DNA of 64,000 bases. Source: Auanema rhodensis. Its lineage: Eukaryota > Animalia > Nematoda. This document shows, piece by piece, positions 25,268 through 38,960 of this stretch (position 1 is the first letter of the stretch; each line of letters opens with the position of its first letter). The stretch covers positions 3,658,001-3,722,000 of the forward strand of contig OZ059897.1 of the NCBI GenBank assembly GCA_964057225.1, read 5' to 3'. The position numbers were made by a program, and so were the translations under genes. The notes under the pieces are model-generated. The model saw only the letters and a list, made by a program, of their open reading frames with translations, was not told the DNA's origin and made no database searches.

Positions 25268-27373
25268 ATAGAGCGTTTCTCAATGTGGTATAGTGCATTC
25301 GATGCGGATTTTTAAGCTGCGTTGATCTGTGTTATCAGATTTGAGTTAACTTAAAAATGCACCGAGATATCAACTGATATATGTTCACACTTATATCCTC
25401 GATTTTCACCCTGAAGAGATGATTTTTTCGTTGAATAACATTGTCCATCGTCTTCGTCTTGAAAAAAGGAATCTAAAAACACCTACTTTTTGTGAAATTA
25501 TTTAGAAATTTTTCGGGAAAATTTTTGTCAAAATGTTTTTGGAAGCAATGTTGAGTGTACATGGGAACTCAACATACACTAATGCATTATTTTTCAAACA
25601 ATCATAACTAATTTTTGTATAGAGCGTTTCTCAACGTAGTATAGTGCATTCGATGCGGATTTTTAAGCTGCTTTGATCTGTGTTATCAGATTTGAGTTAA
25701 CTTAAAAATGCACCGAGATATCAACTGATATAGGTTCACACTTATATCCTCGATTTTCACCCTGAAGAAATGATTTTTTCGTTGAAAAACATTGTCCATC
25801 GTATTCGTCTTGAAAAAAGGAATCTAAAAACATCTACTTTTTGTGAAATTATTTAGAAATTGTTCGGGAAAATTTTTGTCAAAATGTTTTTGGAAGCAAT
25901 GTTGAGTGTACATGGGAACTCAACATACACTAATGCATTATTTTTCAAACGATCATAACTAATTTTTGTATAGAGCGTTTCTCAATGTAGTATAGTGCAT
26001 TCGATGCGGATTTTTAAGCTGCGTTGATCTGTGTTATCAGATTTGAGTTAACTTAAAAATGCACCGAGATATCAACTGATATAGGTTCACACATATATCC
26101 TCGATTTTCACCCTGAAGAAATGATTTTTCCGTTGAAAAACATTGTCCATCGTCTTCGTCTTGAAAAAAGGAATTTAAAAACATCTACTTTTCGTGAAAT
26201 TATTCAGAAATTTTTCGGGAAAATTTTTGTCAAAATGTTTTTGGAAGCAATGTTGAGTGTACATGGGAACTCAACATACACTAATGCATTATTTTTCAAA
26301 CGATCATAACTAATTTTTGTATAGAGCGTTTCTCAATGTGGTATAGTGCATTCGATGCGGATTTTTAAGCTGCGTTGATCTGTGTTATCAGATTTGAGTT
26401 AACTTAAAAATGCACCGAGATATCAACTGATATATGTTCACACTTATATCCTCGATTTTCACCCTGAAGAGATGATTTTTTCGTTGAATAACATTGTCCA
26501 TCGTCTTCGTCTTGAAAAAAGGAATCTAAAAACACCTACTTTTTGTGAAATTATTTAGAAATTTTTCGGGAAAATTTTTGTCAAAATGTTTTTGGAAGCA
26601 ATGTTGAGTGTACATGGGAACTCAACATACACTAATGCATTATTTTTCAAACAATCATAACTAATTTTTGTATAGAGCGTTTCTCAACGTAGTATAGTGC
26701 ATTCGATGCGGATTTTTAAGCTGCTTTGATCTGTGTTATCAGATTTGAGTTAACTTAAAAATGCACCGAGATATCAACTGATATAGGTTCACACTTATAT
26801 CCTCGATTTTCACCCTGAAGAAATGATTTTTTCGTTGAAAAACATTGTCCATCGTATTCGTCTTGAAAAAAGGAATCTAAAAACATCTACTTTTTGTGAA
26901 ATTATTTAGAAATTGTTCGGGAAAATTTTTGTCAAAATGTTTTTGGAAGCAATGTTGAGTGTACATGGGAACTCAACATACACTAATGCATTATTTTTCA
27001 AACGATCATAACTAATTTTTGTATAGAGCGTTTCTCAATGTAGTATAGTGCATTCGATGCGGATTTTTAAGCTGCGTTGATCTGTGTTATCAGATTTGAG
27101 TTAACTTAAAAATGCACCGAGATATCAACTGATATAGGTTCACACATATATCCTCGATTTTCACCCTGAAGAAATGATTTTTCCGTTGAAAAACATTGTC
27201 CATCGTCTTCGTCTTGAAAAAAGGAATCTAAAAACATCTACTTTTTGTGAAATTATTCAGAAATTTTTCGGGAAAATTTTTGTCAAAATGTTTTTGGAAG
27301 CAATGTTGAGTGTACATGGGAACTCAACATACACTAATGCATTATTTTTCAAACGATCATAACTAATTTTTGT
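25268..27373 (+). repeat. 3-monomer duplication (1053 bp)
   Basis: ORFs 26121 and 27174 are 1053 bp apart. Markers aaacaatc, aattgttc and tttccgtt repeat in order. Confidence 0.88.
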
Positions 27374-30300
27374 ATAGAGCGTTTTTTAATGTAGTATAAT
27401 GCATTCGATGCGGATTTTTAAGCTGCGTTGATCTGTGTTATCAGATTTGAGTTAGCTTAAAAATGCACCGAGATATCAACTGATATATGTTCACACTCAT
27501 ATCCTCGATTATCACCCTGAAGAATTGATTTTTTCGTTGAATAACATTGTCCATCGTCTTCGTCTTGAAAAAAGGAATCTAAAAACATCTACTTTTTGTG
27601 AAATTATTTAGAAATTTTTCGGGAAAATTTTTGTCAAAATGTTTTTGGAAGCAATGTTGAGTGTACATGGGAACTCAACATACACTAATGCATTATTTTT
27701 CAAACGATCATAACTAATTTTTGTATAGAGCGTTTTTTAATGTAGTATAATGCATTCGATGCGGATTTTTAAGCTGCGTTGATCTGTGTTATCAGATTTG
27801 AGTTAGCTTAAAAATGCACCGAGATATCAACTGATATATGTTCACACTCATATCCTCGATTATCACCCTGAAGAATTGATTTTTTCGTTGAAAAACATTG
27901 TCCATCGTATTTTTCTTGAAAAAAGGAATCTAAAAACATCTACTTTTTGTGAAATTATTTAGAAATTTTTCGGGAAAATTTTTGTCAAAATGTTTTTGGA
28001 AGCAATGTTGAGTGTACATGGGAACTCAACATACACTAATGCATTATTTTTCAAACGATCATAACTAATTTTTGTATAGAGCGTTTCTCAATGTGGTATA
28101 GTGCATTCGATGCGGATTTTTAAGCTGCGTTGATCTGTGTTATCAGATTTGAGTTAACTTAAAAATGCACCGAGATATCAACTGATATATGTTCACACTT
28201 ATATCCTCGATTTTCACCCTGAAGAGATGATTTTTTCGTTGAATAACATTGTCCATCGTCTTCGTCTTGAAAAAAGGAATCTAAAAACATCTACTTTTGT
28301 GAAATTATTTAGAAATTTTTCGGGAAAATTTTTGTCAAAATGTTTTTGGAAGCAATGTTGAGTGTACATGGGAACTCAACATACACTAATGCATTATTTT
28401 TTAAACGATCATAACTAATTTTTGTATAGAGCGTTTCTCAATGTAGTATAGTGCATTCGATGCGGATTTTTAAGCTGCTTTGATCTGTGTTATCAGATTT
28501 GAGTTAACTTAAAAATGCACCGAGATATCAACTGATATAGGTTCACACTTATATCCTCGATTTTCACCCTGAAGAAATGATTTTTTCGTTGAAAAACATT
28601 GTCCATCGTATTTGTCTTGAAAAAAGGAATCTAAAAACATCTACTTTTTGTGAAATTATTTAGAAATTTCTCGGGAAAATTTTTGTCAAAATGTTTTTGG
28701 AAGCAATGTTGAGTGTACATGGGAACTCAACATACACTAATGCATTATTTTTCAAACGATCATAACTAATTTTTGTATAGAGCGTTTCTCATTGTAGTAT
28801 AGTGCATTCGATGCGGATTTTTAAGCTGCGTTGATCTGTGTTATCAGATTTGAGTTAACTTAAAAATGCACCGAGATATCAACTGATATAGGTTCACACA
28901 TATATCCTCGATTTTCACCCTGAAGAAATGATTTTTTCGTTGAAAAACATTGTCCATCGTCTTCGTCTTAAAAAAAGGAATCTAAAAACATCTACTTTTT
29001 GTGAAATTATTCAGAAATTTTTCGGGAAAATTTTTGTCAAAATGTTTTTGGAAGCAATGTTGAGTGTACATGGGAACTCAACATACACTAATGCATTATT
29101 TTTCAAACGATCATAACTAATTTTTGTATAGAGCGTTTTTTAATGTAGTATAATGCATTCGATGCGGATTTTTAAGCTGCGTCGATCTGTGTTATCAGAT
29201 TTGAGTTAGCTTAAAAATGCACCGAGATATCAACTGATATATGTTCACACTTATATCCTCGATTTTCACCCTGAAGAAATGATTTTTTCGTTGAAAAAAC
29301 ATTGTCCATCGTCTTTGCCTTGAAAAAAGGAATCTAAAAACATCTACTTTTTGTGAAATTATTTAGAAATTTTTCGGGAAAATTTTTGTCAAAATGTTTT
29401 TGGAAGCAATGTTGAGTGTACATGGGAACTCAACATACACTAATGCATTATTTTTCAAACGATCATAACTTATTTTTGTATAGAGCGTTTCTCAATGTAG
29501 TGTAGTGCATTCGATGCGGATTTTTAAGCTGCGTCGATCTGTGTTATCAGATTTGAGCTAGCTTAAAAATGCACCGCGATATCAACTGATATATGTTCAC
29601 ACTTATATCCTCGATTTTCACCCTGAAGAAATGATTTTTTGGTTGAAAAACATTGTCCATCGTCTTCGTCTTGAAAAAAGGTTTCTAAAAACATCTACTT
29701 TTTGTGAAATTATTTAGAAATTGTTCGGGAAAATTTTTGTCAAAATGTTTTTGGAAGGAATGTTGAGTGTACATGGGAACTCAACATACACTAATGCATT
29801 ATTTTTCAAACGATCATAACTAATTTTTGTATAGAGCGTTTCTCAATGTAGTATAGTGCATTCGATGCGGATTTTTAAGCTGCGTTGATCTGTGTTATCA
29901 GATTTGAGTTAACTTAAAAATGCACCGAGATATCAACTGATATAGGTTCACACATATATCCTCGATTTTCACCCTGAAGAAATGATTTTTCCGTTGAAAA
30001 ACATTGTCCATCGTCTTCGTCTTGAAAAAAGGAATCTAAAAACATCTACTTTTTGTGAAATTATTCAGAAATTTTTCGGGAAAATTTTTGTCAAAATGTT
30101 TTTGGAAGCAATGTTGAGTGTACATGGGAACTCAACATACACTAATGCATTATTTTTCAAACGATCATAACTAATTTTTGTATAGAGCGTTTTTTAATGT
30201 AGTATAATGCATTCGATGCGGATTTTTAAGCTGCGTTGATCTGTGTTATCAGATTTGAGTTAGCTTAAAAATGCACCGAGATATCAACTGATATATGTTC

Positions 30301-33300
30301 ACACTCATATCCTCGATTATCACCCTGAAGAATTGATTTTTTCGTTGAAAAACATTGTCCATCGTATTTTTCTTGAAAAAAGGAATCTAAAAACATCTAC
30401 TTTTTGTGAAATTATTTAGAAATTTTTCGGGAAAATTTTTGTCAAAATGTTTTTGGAAGCAATGTTGAGTGTACATGGGAACTCAACATACACTAATGCA
30501 TTATTTTTCAAACGATCATAACTAATTCTTGTATAGAGCGTTTCTCAATGTAGTATAGTGCATTCGATGCGGATTTTTAAGCTGCGTTGATCTGTGTTAT
30601 CAGATTTGAGTTAGCTTAAAAATGCACCGAGATATCAACTGATATATGTTCACACTTATATCCTCGATTTTCACCCTGAAGAGATGATTTTTTCGTTGAA
30701 TAACATTGTCCATCGTCTTCGTCTTGAAAAAAGGAATCTAAAAACATCTACTTTTTGTGAAATTATTTAGAAATTTTTCGGGAAAATTTTTGTCAAAATG
30801 TTTTTGGAAGCAATGTTGAGTGTACATGGGAACTCAACATACACTAATGCATTATTTTTCAAACGATCATAACTAATTTTTGTATAGAGCGTTTCTCAAT
30901 GTGGTATAGTGCATTCGATGCGGATTTTTAAGCTGCGTTGATCTGTGTTATCAGATTTGAGTTAACTTAAAAATGCACCGAGATATCAACTGATATATGT
31001 TCACACTTATATCCTCGATTTTCACCCTGAAGAGATGATTTTTTCGTTGAATAACATTGTCCATCGTCTTCGTCTTGAAAAAAGGAATCTAAAAACATCT
31101 ACTTTTGTGAAATTATTTAGAAATTTTTCGGGAAAATTTTTGTCAAAATGTTTTTGGAAGCAATGTTGAGTGTACATGGGAACTCAACATACACTAATGC
31201 ATTATTTCTTAAACGATCATAACTAATTTTTGTATAGAGCGTTTTTCAATGTAGTATAGTGCATTCGATGCGGATTTTTAAGCTGCTTTGATCTGTGTTA
31301 TCAGATTTGAGTTAACTTAAAAATGCACCGAGATATCAACTGATATAGGTTCACACTTATATCCTCGATTTTCATCCTGAAGAAATGATTTTTTCGTTGA
31401 AAAACATTGTCCATCGTATTTGTCTTGAAAAAAGGAATCTAAAAACATCTACTTTTTGTGAAATTATTTAGAAATTTTTCGGGAAAATTTTTGTCAAAAT
31501 GTTTTTGGAAGCAATGTTGAGTGTACATGGGAACTCAACATACACTAATGCATTATTTTTCAAACGATCATAACTAATTTTTGTATAGAGCGTTTCTCAA
31601 TGTAGTATAGTGCATTCGATGCGGATTTTTAAGCTGCTTTGATCTGTGTTATCAGATTTGAGTTAACTTAAAAATGCACCGAGATATCAACTGATATAGG
31701 TTCACACTTATATCCTCGATTTTCATCCTGAAGAAATGATTTTTTCGTTGAAAAACATTGTCCATCGTATTTGTCTTGAAAAAAGGAATCTAAAAACATC
31801 TACTTTTTGTGAAATTATTTAGAAATTTTTCGGGAAAATTTTTGTCAAAATGTTTTTGGAAGCAATGTTGAGTGTACATGGGAACTCAACATACACTAAT
31901 GCATTATTTTTCAAACGATCATAACTAATTTTTGTATAGAGCGTTTCTCATTGTAGTATAGTGCATTTGATGCGGATGTTTAAGCTGCGTTGATCTGTGT
32001 TATCAGATTTGAGTTAACTTAAAAATGCACCGAGATATCAACTGATATAGGTTCACACATATATCCTCGATTTTCACCCTGAAGAAATGATTTTTTCGTT
32101 GAAAAACATTGTCCATCGTATTTGTCTTGAAAAAAGGAATCTAAAAACATCTACTTTTTGTGAAATTATTTAGAAATTTTTCGGGAAAATTTTTGTCAAA
32201 ATGTTTTTGGAAGCAATGTTGAGTGTACATGGGAACTCAACATACACTAATGCATTATTTTTCAAACGATCATAACTAATTTTTGTATAGAGCGTTTTTT
32301 AATGTAGTATAATGCATTCGATGCGGATTTTTAAGCTGCGTCGATCTGTGTTATCAGATTTGAGTTAGCTTAAAAATGCACCGAGATATCAACTGATATA
32401 TGTTCACACTTATATCCTCGATTTTCACCCTGAAGAAATGATTTTTTCGTTGAAAAAACATTGTCCATCGTCTTTGCCTTGAAAAAAGGAATCTAAAAAC
32501 ATCTACTTTTTGTGAAATTATTTAGAAATTTTTCGGGAAAATTTTTGTCAAAATGTTTTTGGAAGCAATGTTGAGTGTACATGGGAACTCAACATACACT
32601 AATGCATTATTTTTCAAACGATCATAACTAATTCTTGTATAGAGCGTTTCTCAATGTAGTATAGTGCATTCGATGCGGATTTTTAAGCTGCGTCGATCTG
32701 TGTTATCCGATTTGAGCTAGCTTGAAAATGTACCGAGATATCAACTGATATATGTTCACACTTATATCCTCGATTTTCACCCTGAAGAATTTATTTTTTC
32801 GTTGAATAACATTGTCCATCGTCTTCGCCTTGAAAAAAGGAATCTAAAAACATCTACTTTTTGTGAAATTATTTAGAAATTTTTCGGGAAAATTTTTGTC
32901 AAAATGTTTTTGGAAGCAATGTTGAGTGTACATGGGAACTCAACATACACTAATGCATTATTTTTCAAACGATCATAACTAATTTTTCTATGGAGCGTTT
33001 CTCAATGTAGTATAGTGCATTCGATGCGGATTTTTAAGCTGCGTCGATCTGTGTTATCCGATTTGAGCTAGCTTGAAAATGTACCGAGATATCAACTGAT
33101 ATATGTTCACACTTATATCCTCGATTTTCACCCTGAAGAATTTATTTTTTCGTTGAATAACATTGTCCATCGTCTTCGCCTTGAAAAAAGGAATCTAAAA
33201 ACATCTACTTTTTGTGAAATTATTTAGAAATTTTTCGGGAAAATTTTTGTCAAAATGTTTTTGGAAGCAATGTTGAGTGTACATGGGAACTCAACATACA

Positions 33301-35448
33301 CTAATGCATTATTTTTCAAACGATCATAACTTATTTTTGTATAGAGCGTTTCTCAATGTAGTGTAGTGCATTCGATGCGGATTTTTAAGCTGCGTCGATC
33401 TGTGTTATCCGATTTGAGCTAGCTTGAAAATGTACCGAGATATCAACTGATATATGTTCACACTTATATCCTCGATTTTCACCCTGAAGAATTTATTTTT
33501 TCGTTGAATAACATTGTCCATCGTCTTCGCCTTGAAAAAAGGAATCTAAAAACATCTACTTTTTGTGAAATTATTTAGAAATTTTTCGGGAAAATTTTTG
33601 TCAAAATGTTTTTGGAAGCAATGTTGAGTGTACATGGGAACTCAACATACACTAATGCATTATTTTTCAAACGATCATAACTAATTTTTTTATGGAGCGT
33701 TTCTCAATGTAGTATAGTGCATTCGATGCGGATTTTTAAGCTGCGTTGATCTGTGTTATCAGATTTGCGCTAGCTTAAAAATGCACCGAGTAATCAACTG
33801 ATATAGGTTCACACTTATATCCTCGATTTTTACCCTGAAGAATTAATTTTTTCGTTGAATAACATTGTCCATCGTCTTTGCCTTGAAAAAAGAAATCTAA
33901 AAACTCCTACTTTTTGTGAAATTATTTAGAAATTTTTCGGGAAAATTTTTGTCAAAATGTTTTTGGAAGCAATGTTGAGTGTACATGGGAACTCAACATA
34001 CACTAATGCATTATTTTTTAAACGATCATAACTAATTTTTGTATAGAGCGTTTCTCAATGTAGTATAGTGCATTCGATGCGGATTTTTAAGCTGCTTTGA
34101 TCTGTGTTATCAGATTTGAGTTAACTTAAAAATGCACCGAGATATCAACTGATATAGGTTCACACTTATATCCTCGATTTTCACCCTGAAGAAATGATTT
34201 TTTCGTTGAAAAACATTGTCCATCGTATTCGTCTTGAAAGAAGGAATCTAAAAACATCTACTTTTTGTGAAATTATTTAGAAATTTTTCGGGAAAATTTT
34301 TGTCAAAATGTTTTTGGAAGCAATGTTGAGTGTACATGGGAACTCAACATACACTAATGCATTATTTTTCAAACGATCATAACTAATTTTTGTATAGAGC
34401 GTTTTTCATTGTAGTATAGTGCATTCGATGCGGATTTTTAAGCTGCGTTGATCTGTGTTATCAGATTTGAGTTAACTTAAAAATGCACCGAGATATCAAC
34501 TGATATAGGTTCACACATATATCCTCGATTTTCACCCTGAAGAAATGATTTTTTCGTTGAAAAACATTGTCCATCGTCTTCGTCTTAAAAAAAGGAATCT
34601 AAAAACATCTACTTTTTGTGAAATTATTCAGAAATTTTTCGGGAAAATTTTTGTCAAAATGTTTTTGGAAGCAATGTTGAGTGTACATGGGAACTCAACA
34701 TACACTAATGCATTATTTTTCAAACGATCATAACTAATTTTTGTATAGAGCGTTTTTTAATGTAGTATAATGCATTCGATGCGGATTTTTAAGCTGCGTC
34801 GATCTGTGTTATCAGATTTGAGTTAGCTTAAAAATGCACCGAGATATCAACTGATATATGTTCACACTTATATCCTCGATTTTCACCCTGAAGAAATGAT
34901 TTTTTCGTTGAAAAAACATTGTCCATCGTCTTCGTCTTAAAAAAAGGAATCTAAAAACATCTACTTTTTGTGAAATTATTCAGAAATTTTTCGGAAAAAT
35001 TTTTGTCAAAATGTTTTTGGAAGCAATGTTGAGTGTACATGGGAACTCAACATACACTAATGCATTATTTTTCAAACGATCATAACTAATTTTTGTATAG
35101 AGCGTTTTTTAATGTAGTATAATGCATTCGATGCGGATTTTTAAGCTGCGTCGATCTGTGTTATCAGATTTGAGTTAGCTTAAAAATGCACCGAGATATC
35201 AACTGATATATGTTCACACTTATATCCTCGATTTTCACCCTGAAGAAATGATTTTTTCGTTGAAAAAACATTGTCCATCGTCTTTGCCTTGAAAAAAGGA
35301 ATCTAAAAACATCTACTTTTTGTGAAATTATTTAGAAATTTTTCGGGAAAATTTTTGTCAAAATGTTTTTGGAAGCAATGTTGAGTGTACATGGGAACTC
35401 AACATACACTAATGCATTATTTTTCAAACGATCATAACTTATTTTTGT

Positions 35449-38400
35449 ATAGAGCGTTTCTCAATGTAGTGTAGTGCATTCGATGCGGATTTTTAAGCTG
35501 CGTCGATCTGTGTTATCCGATTTGAGCTAGCTTGAAAATGTACCGAGATATCAACTGATATATGTTCACACTTATATCCTCGATTTTCACCCTGAAGAAT
35601 TTTTTTTTTCGTTGAATAACATTGTCCATCGTCTTCGCCTTGAAAAAAGGAATCTAAAAACATCTACTTTTTGTGAAATTATTTAGAAATTTTTCGGGAA
35701 AATTTTTGTCAAAATGTTTTTGGAAGCAATGTTGAGTGTACATGGGAACTCAACATACACTAATGCATTATTTTTCAAACGATCATAACTAATTTTTTTA
35801 TGGAGCGTTTCTCAATGTAGTATAGTGCATTCGATGCGGATTTTTAAGCTGCGTTGATCTGTGTTATCAGATTTGCGCTAGCTTAAAAATGCACCGAGTA
35901 ATCAACTGATATAGGTTCACACTTATATCCTCGATTTTTACCCTGAAGAATTAATTTTTTCGTTGAATAACATTGTCCATCGTCTTTGCCTTGAAAAAAG
36001 AAATCTAAAAACTCCTACTTTTTGTGAAATTATTTAGAAATATTTCGGGAAAATTTTTGTCACAATGTTTTTGGAAGCAATGTTGAGTGTACATGGGAAC
36101 TCAGCATACACTAATGCATTATTTTTCAAACGATCATAACTAATTTTTGTATAGAGCGTTTCTCAATGTAGTATAGTGCATTCGATGCGGATTTTTAAGC
36201 TGCGTTGATCTGTGTTATCAGATTTGAGTTAACTTAAAAATGCACCGAGATATCAACTGATATAGGTTCACACATATATCCTCGATTTTCACCCTGAAGA
36301 AATGATTTTTTCGTTGACAAACATTGTCCATCGTCTTCGTCTTGAAAAAAGGAATCTAAAAACATCTACTTTTTGTGAAATTATTCAGAAATTTTTCGGG
36401 AAAATGTTTGTCAAAATGTTTTTGGAAGCAATGTTGAGTGTACATGGGAACTCAACATACACTAATGCATTATTTTTCAAACGATCATAACTAATTTTTG
36501 TATAGAGCGCTTTTTAATGTAGTATAGTGCATTCGATGCGGATTTTTAAGCTGCGTCGATCTGTGTTATCAGATTTGAGTTAGCTTAAAAATGCACCGAG
36601 ATATCAACTGATATATGTTCACACTTATATCCTCGATTTTCACCCTGAAGAAATGATTTTTTCGTTGAAAAAACATTGTCCATCGTCTTTGCCTTGAAAA
36701 AAGGAATCTAAAAACATCTACTTTTTGTGAAATTATCTAGAAATTTTTCGGGAAAATTTTTGTCAAAATGTTTTTGGAAGCAATGTTGAGTGTACATGGG
36801 AACTCAACATACACTAATGCATTATTTTTCAAACGATCATAACTTATTTTTGTATAGAGCGTTTCTCAATGTAGTGTAGTGCATTCGATGCGGATTTTTA
36901 AGCTGCGTCGATCTGTGTTATCCGATTTGAGCTAGCTTGAAAATGTACCGAGATATCAACTGATATATGTTCACACTTATATCCTCGATTTTCACCCTGA
37001 AGAATTTATTTTTTCGTTGAATAACATTGTCCATCGTCTTCGCCTTGAAAAAAGAAATCTAAAAACATCTACTTTTTGTGAAATTATTTAGAAATTTTTC
37101 GGGAAAATTTTTGTCAAAATGTTTTTGGAAGCAATGTTGAGTGTACATGGGAACTCAACATACACTAATGCATTATTTTTCAAACGATCATAACTTATTT
37201 TTGTATAGAGCGTTTCTCAATGTAGTGTAGTGCATTCGATGCGGATTTTTAAGCTGCGTCGATCTGTGTTATCCGATTTGAGCTAGCTTGAAAATGTACC
37301 GAGATATCAACTGATATATGTTCACACTTATATCCTCGATTTTCACCCTGAAGAATTTTTTTTTTCGTTGAATAACATTGTCCATCGTCTTCGCCTTGAA
37401 AAAAGGAATCTAAAAACATCTACTTTTTGTGAAATTATTTAGAAATTTTTCGGGAAAATTTTTGTCAAAATGTTTTTGGAAGCAATGTTGAGTGTACATG
37501 GGAACTCAACATACACTAATGCATTATTTTTCAAACGATCATAACTAATTTTTTTATGGAGCGTTTCTCAATGTAGTATAGTGCATTCGATGCGGATTTT
37601 TAAGCTGCGTTGATCTGTGTTATCAGATTTGCGCTAGCTTAAAAATGCACCGAGTAATCAACTGATATAGGTTCACACTTATATCCTCGATTTTTACCCT
37701 GAAGAATTAATTTTTTCGTTGAATAACATTGTCCATCGTCTTTGCCTTGAAAAAAGAAATCTAAAAACTCCTACTTTTTGTGAAATTATTTAGAAATATT
37801 TCGGGAAAATTTTTGTCACAATGTTTTTGGAAGCAATGTTGAGTGTACATGGGAACTCAGCATACACTAATGCATTATTTTTCAAACGATCATAACTAAT
37901 TTTTGTATAGAGCGTTTCTCAATGTAGTATAGTGCATTCGATGCGGATTTTTAAGCTGCGTTGATCTGTGTTATCAGATTTGAGTTAACTTAAAAATGCA
38001 CCGAGATATCAACTGATATAGGTTCACACATATATCCTCGATTTTCACCCTGAAGAAATGATTTTTTCGTTGACAAACATTGTCCATCGTCTTCGTCTTG
38101 AAAAAAGGAATCTAAAAACATCTACTTTTTGTGAAATTATTCAGAAATTTTTCGGGAAAATGTTTGTCAAAATGTTTTTGGAAGCAATGTTGAGTGTACA
38201 TGGGAACTCAACATACACTAATGCATTATTTTTCAAACGATCATAACTAATTTTTGTATAGAGCGCTTTTTAATGTAGTATAGTGCATTCGATGCGGATT
38301 TTTAAGCTGCGTCGATCTGTGTTATCAGATTTGAGTTAGCTTAAAAATGCACCGAGATATCAACTGATATATGTTCACACTTATATCCTCGATTTTCACC

Positions 38401-38900
38401 CTGAAGAAATGATTTTTTCGTTGAAAAAACATTGTCCATCGTCTTTGCCTTGAAAAAAGGAATCTAAAAACATCTACTTTTTGTGAAATTATCTAGAAAT
38501 TTTTCGGGAAAATTTTTGTCAAAATGTTTTTGGAAGCAATGTTGAGTGTACATGGGAACTCAACATACACTAATGCATTATTTTTCAAACGATCATAACT
38601 TATTTTTGTATAGAGCGTTTCTCAATGTAGTGTAGTGCATTCGATGCGGATTTTTAAGCTGCGTCGATCTGTGTTATCCGATTTGAGCTAGCTTGAAAAT
38701 GTACCGAGATATCAACTGATATATGTTCACACTTATATCCTCGATTTTCACCCTGAAGAATTTATTTTTTCGTTGAATAACATTGTCCATCGTCTTCGCC
38801 TTGAAAAAAGAAATCTAAAAACATCTACTTTTTGTGAAATTATTTAGAAATTTTTCGGGAAAATTTTTGTCAAAATGTTTTTGGAAGCAATGTTGAGTGT
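35449..38900 (+). repeat. 5-monomer duplication (1756 bp, includes one 352-bp monomer)
   Basis: ORFs 36302 and 38058 carry identical private changes (ttgacaaac, aaatgtttg). Markers aatatttc, gagcgcttt and T9 'gaatttttttttcg' also repeat. Confidence 0.9.
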
Positions 38901-38960
38901 AAATGGGAACTCAACATACACTAATGCATTATTTTTCAAACGATCATAACTAATTTTTTT

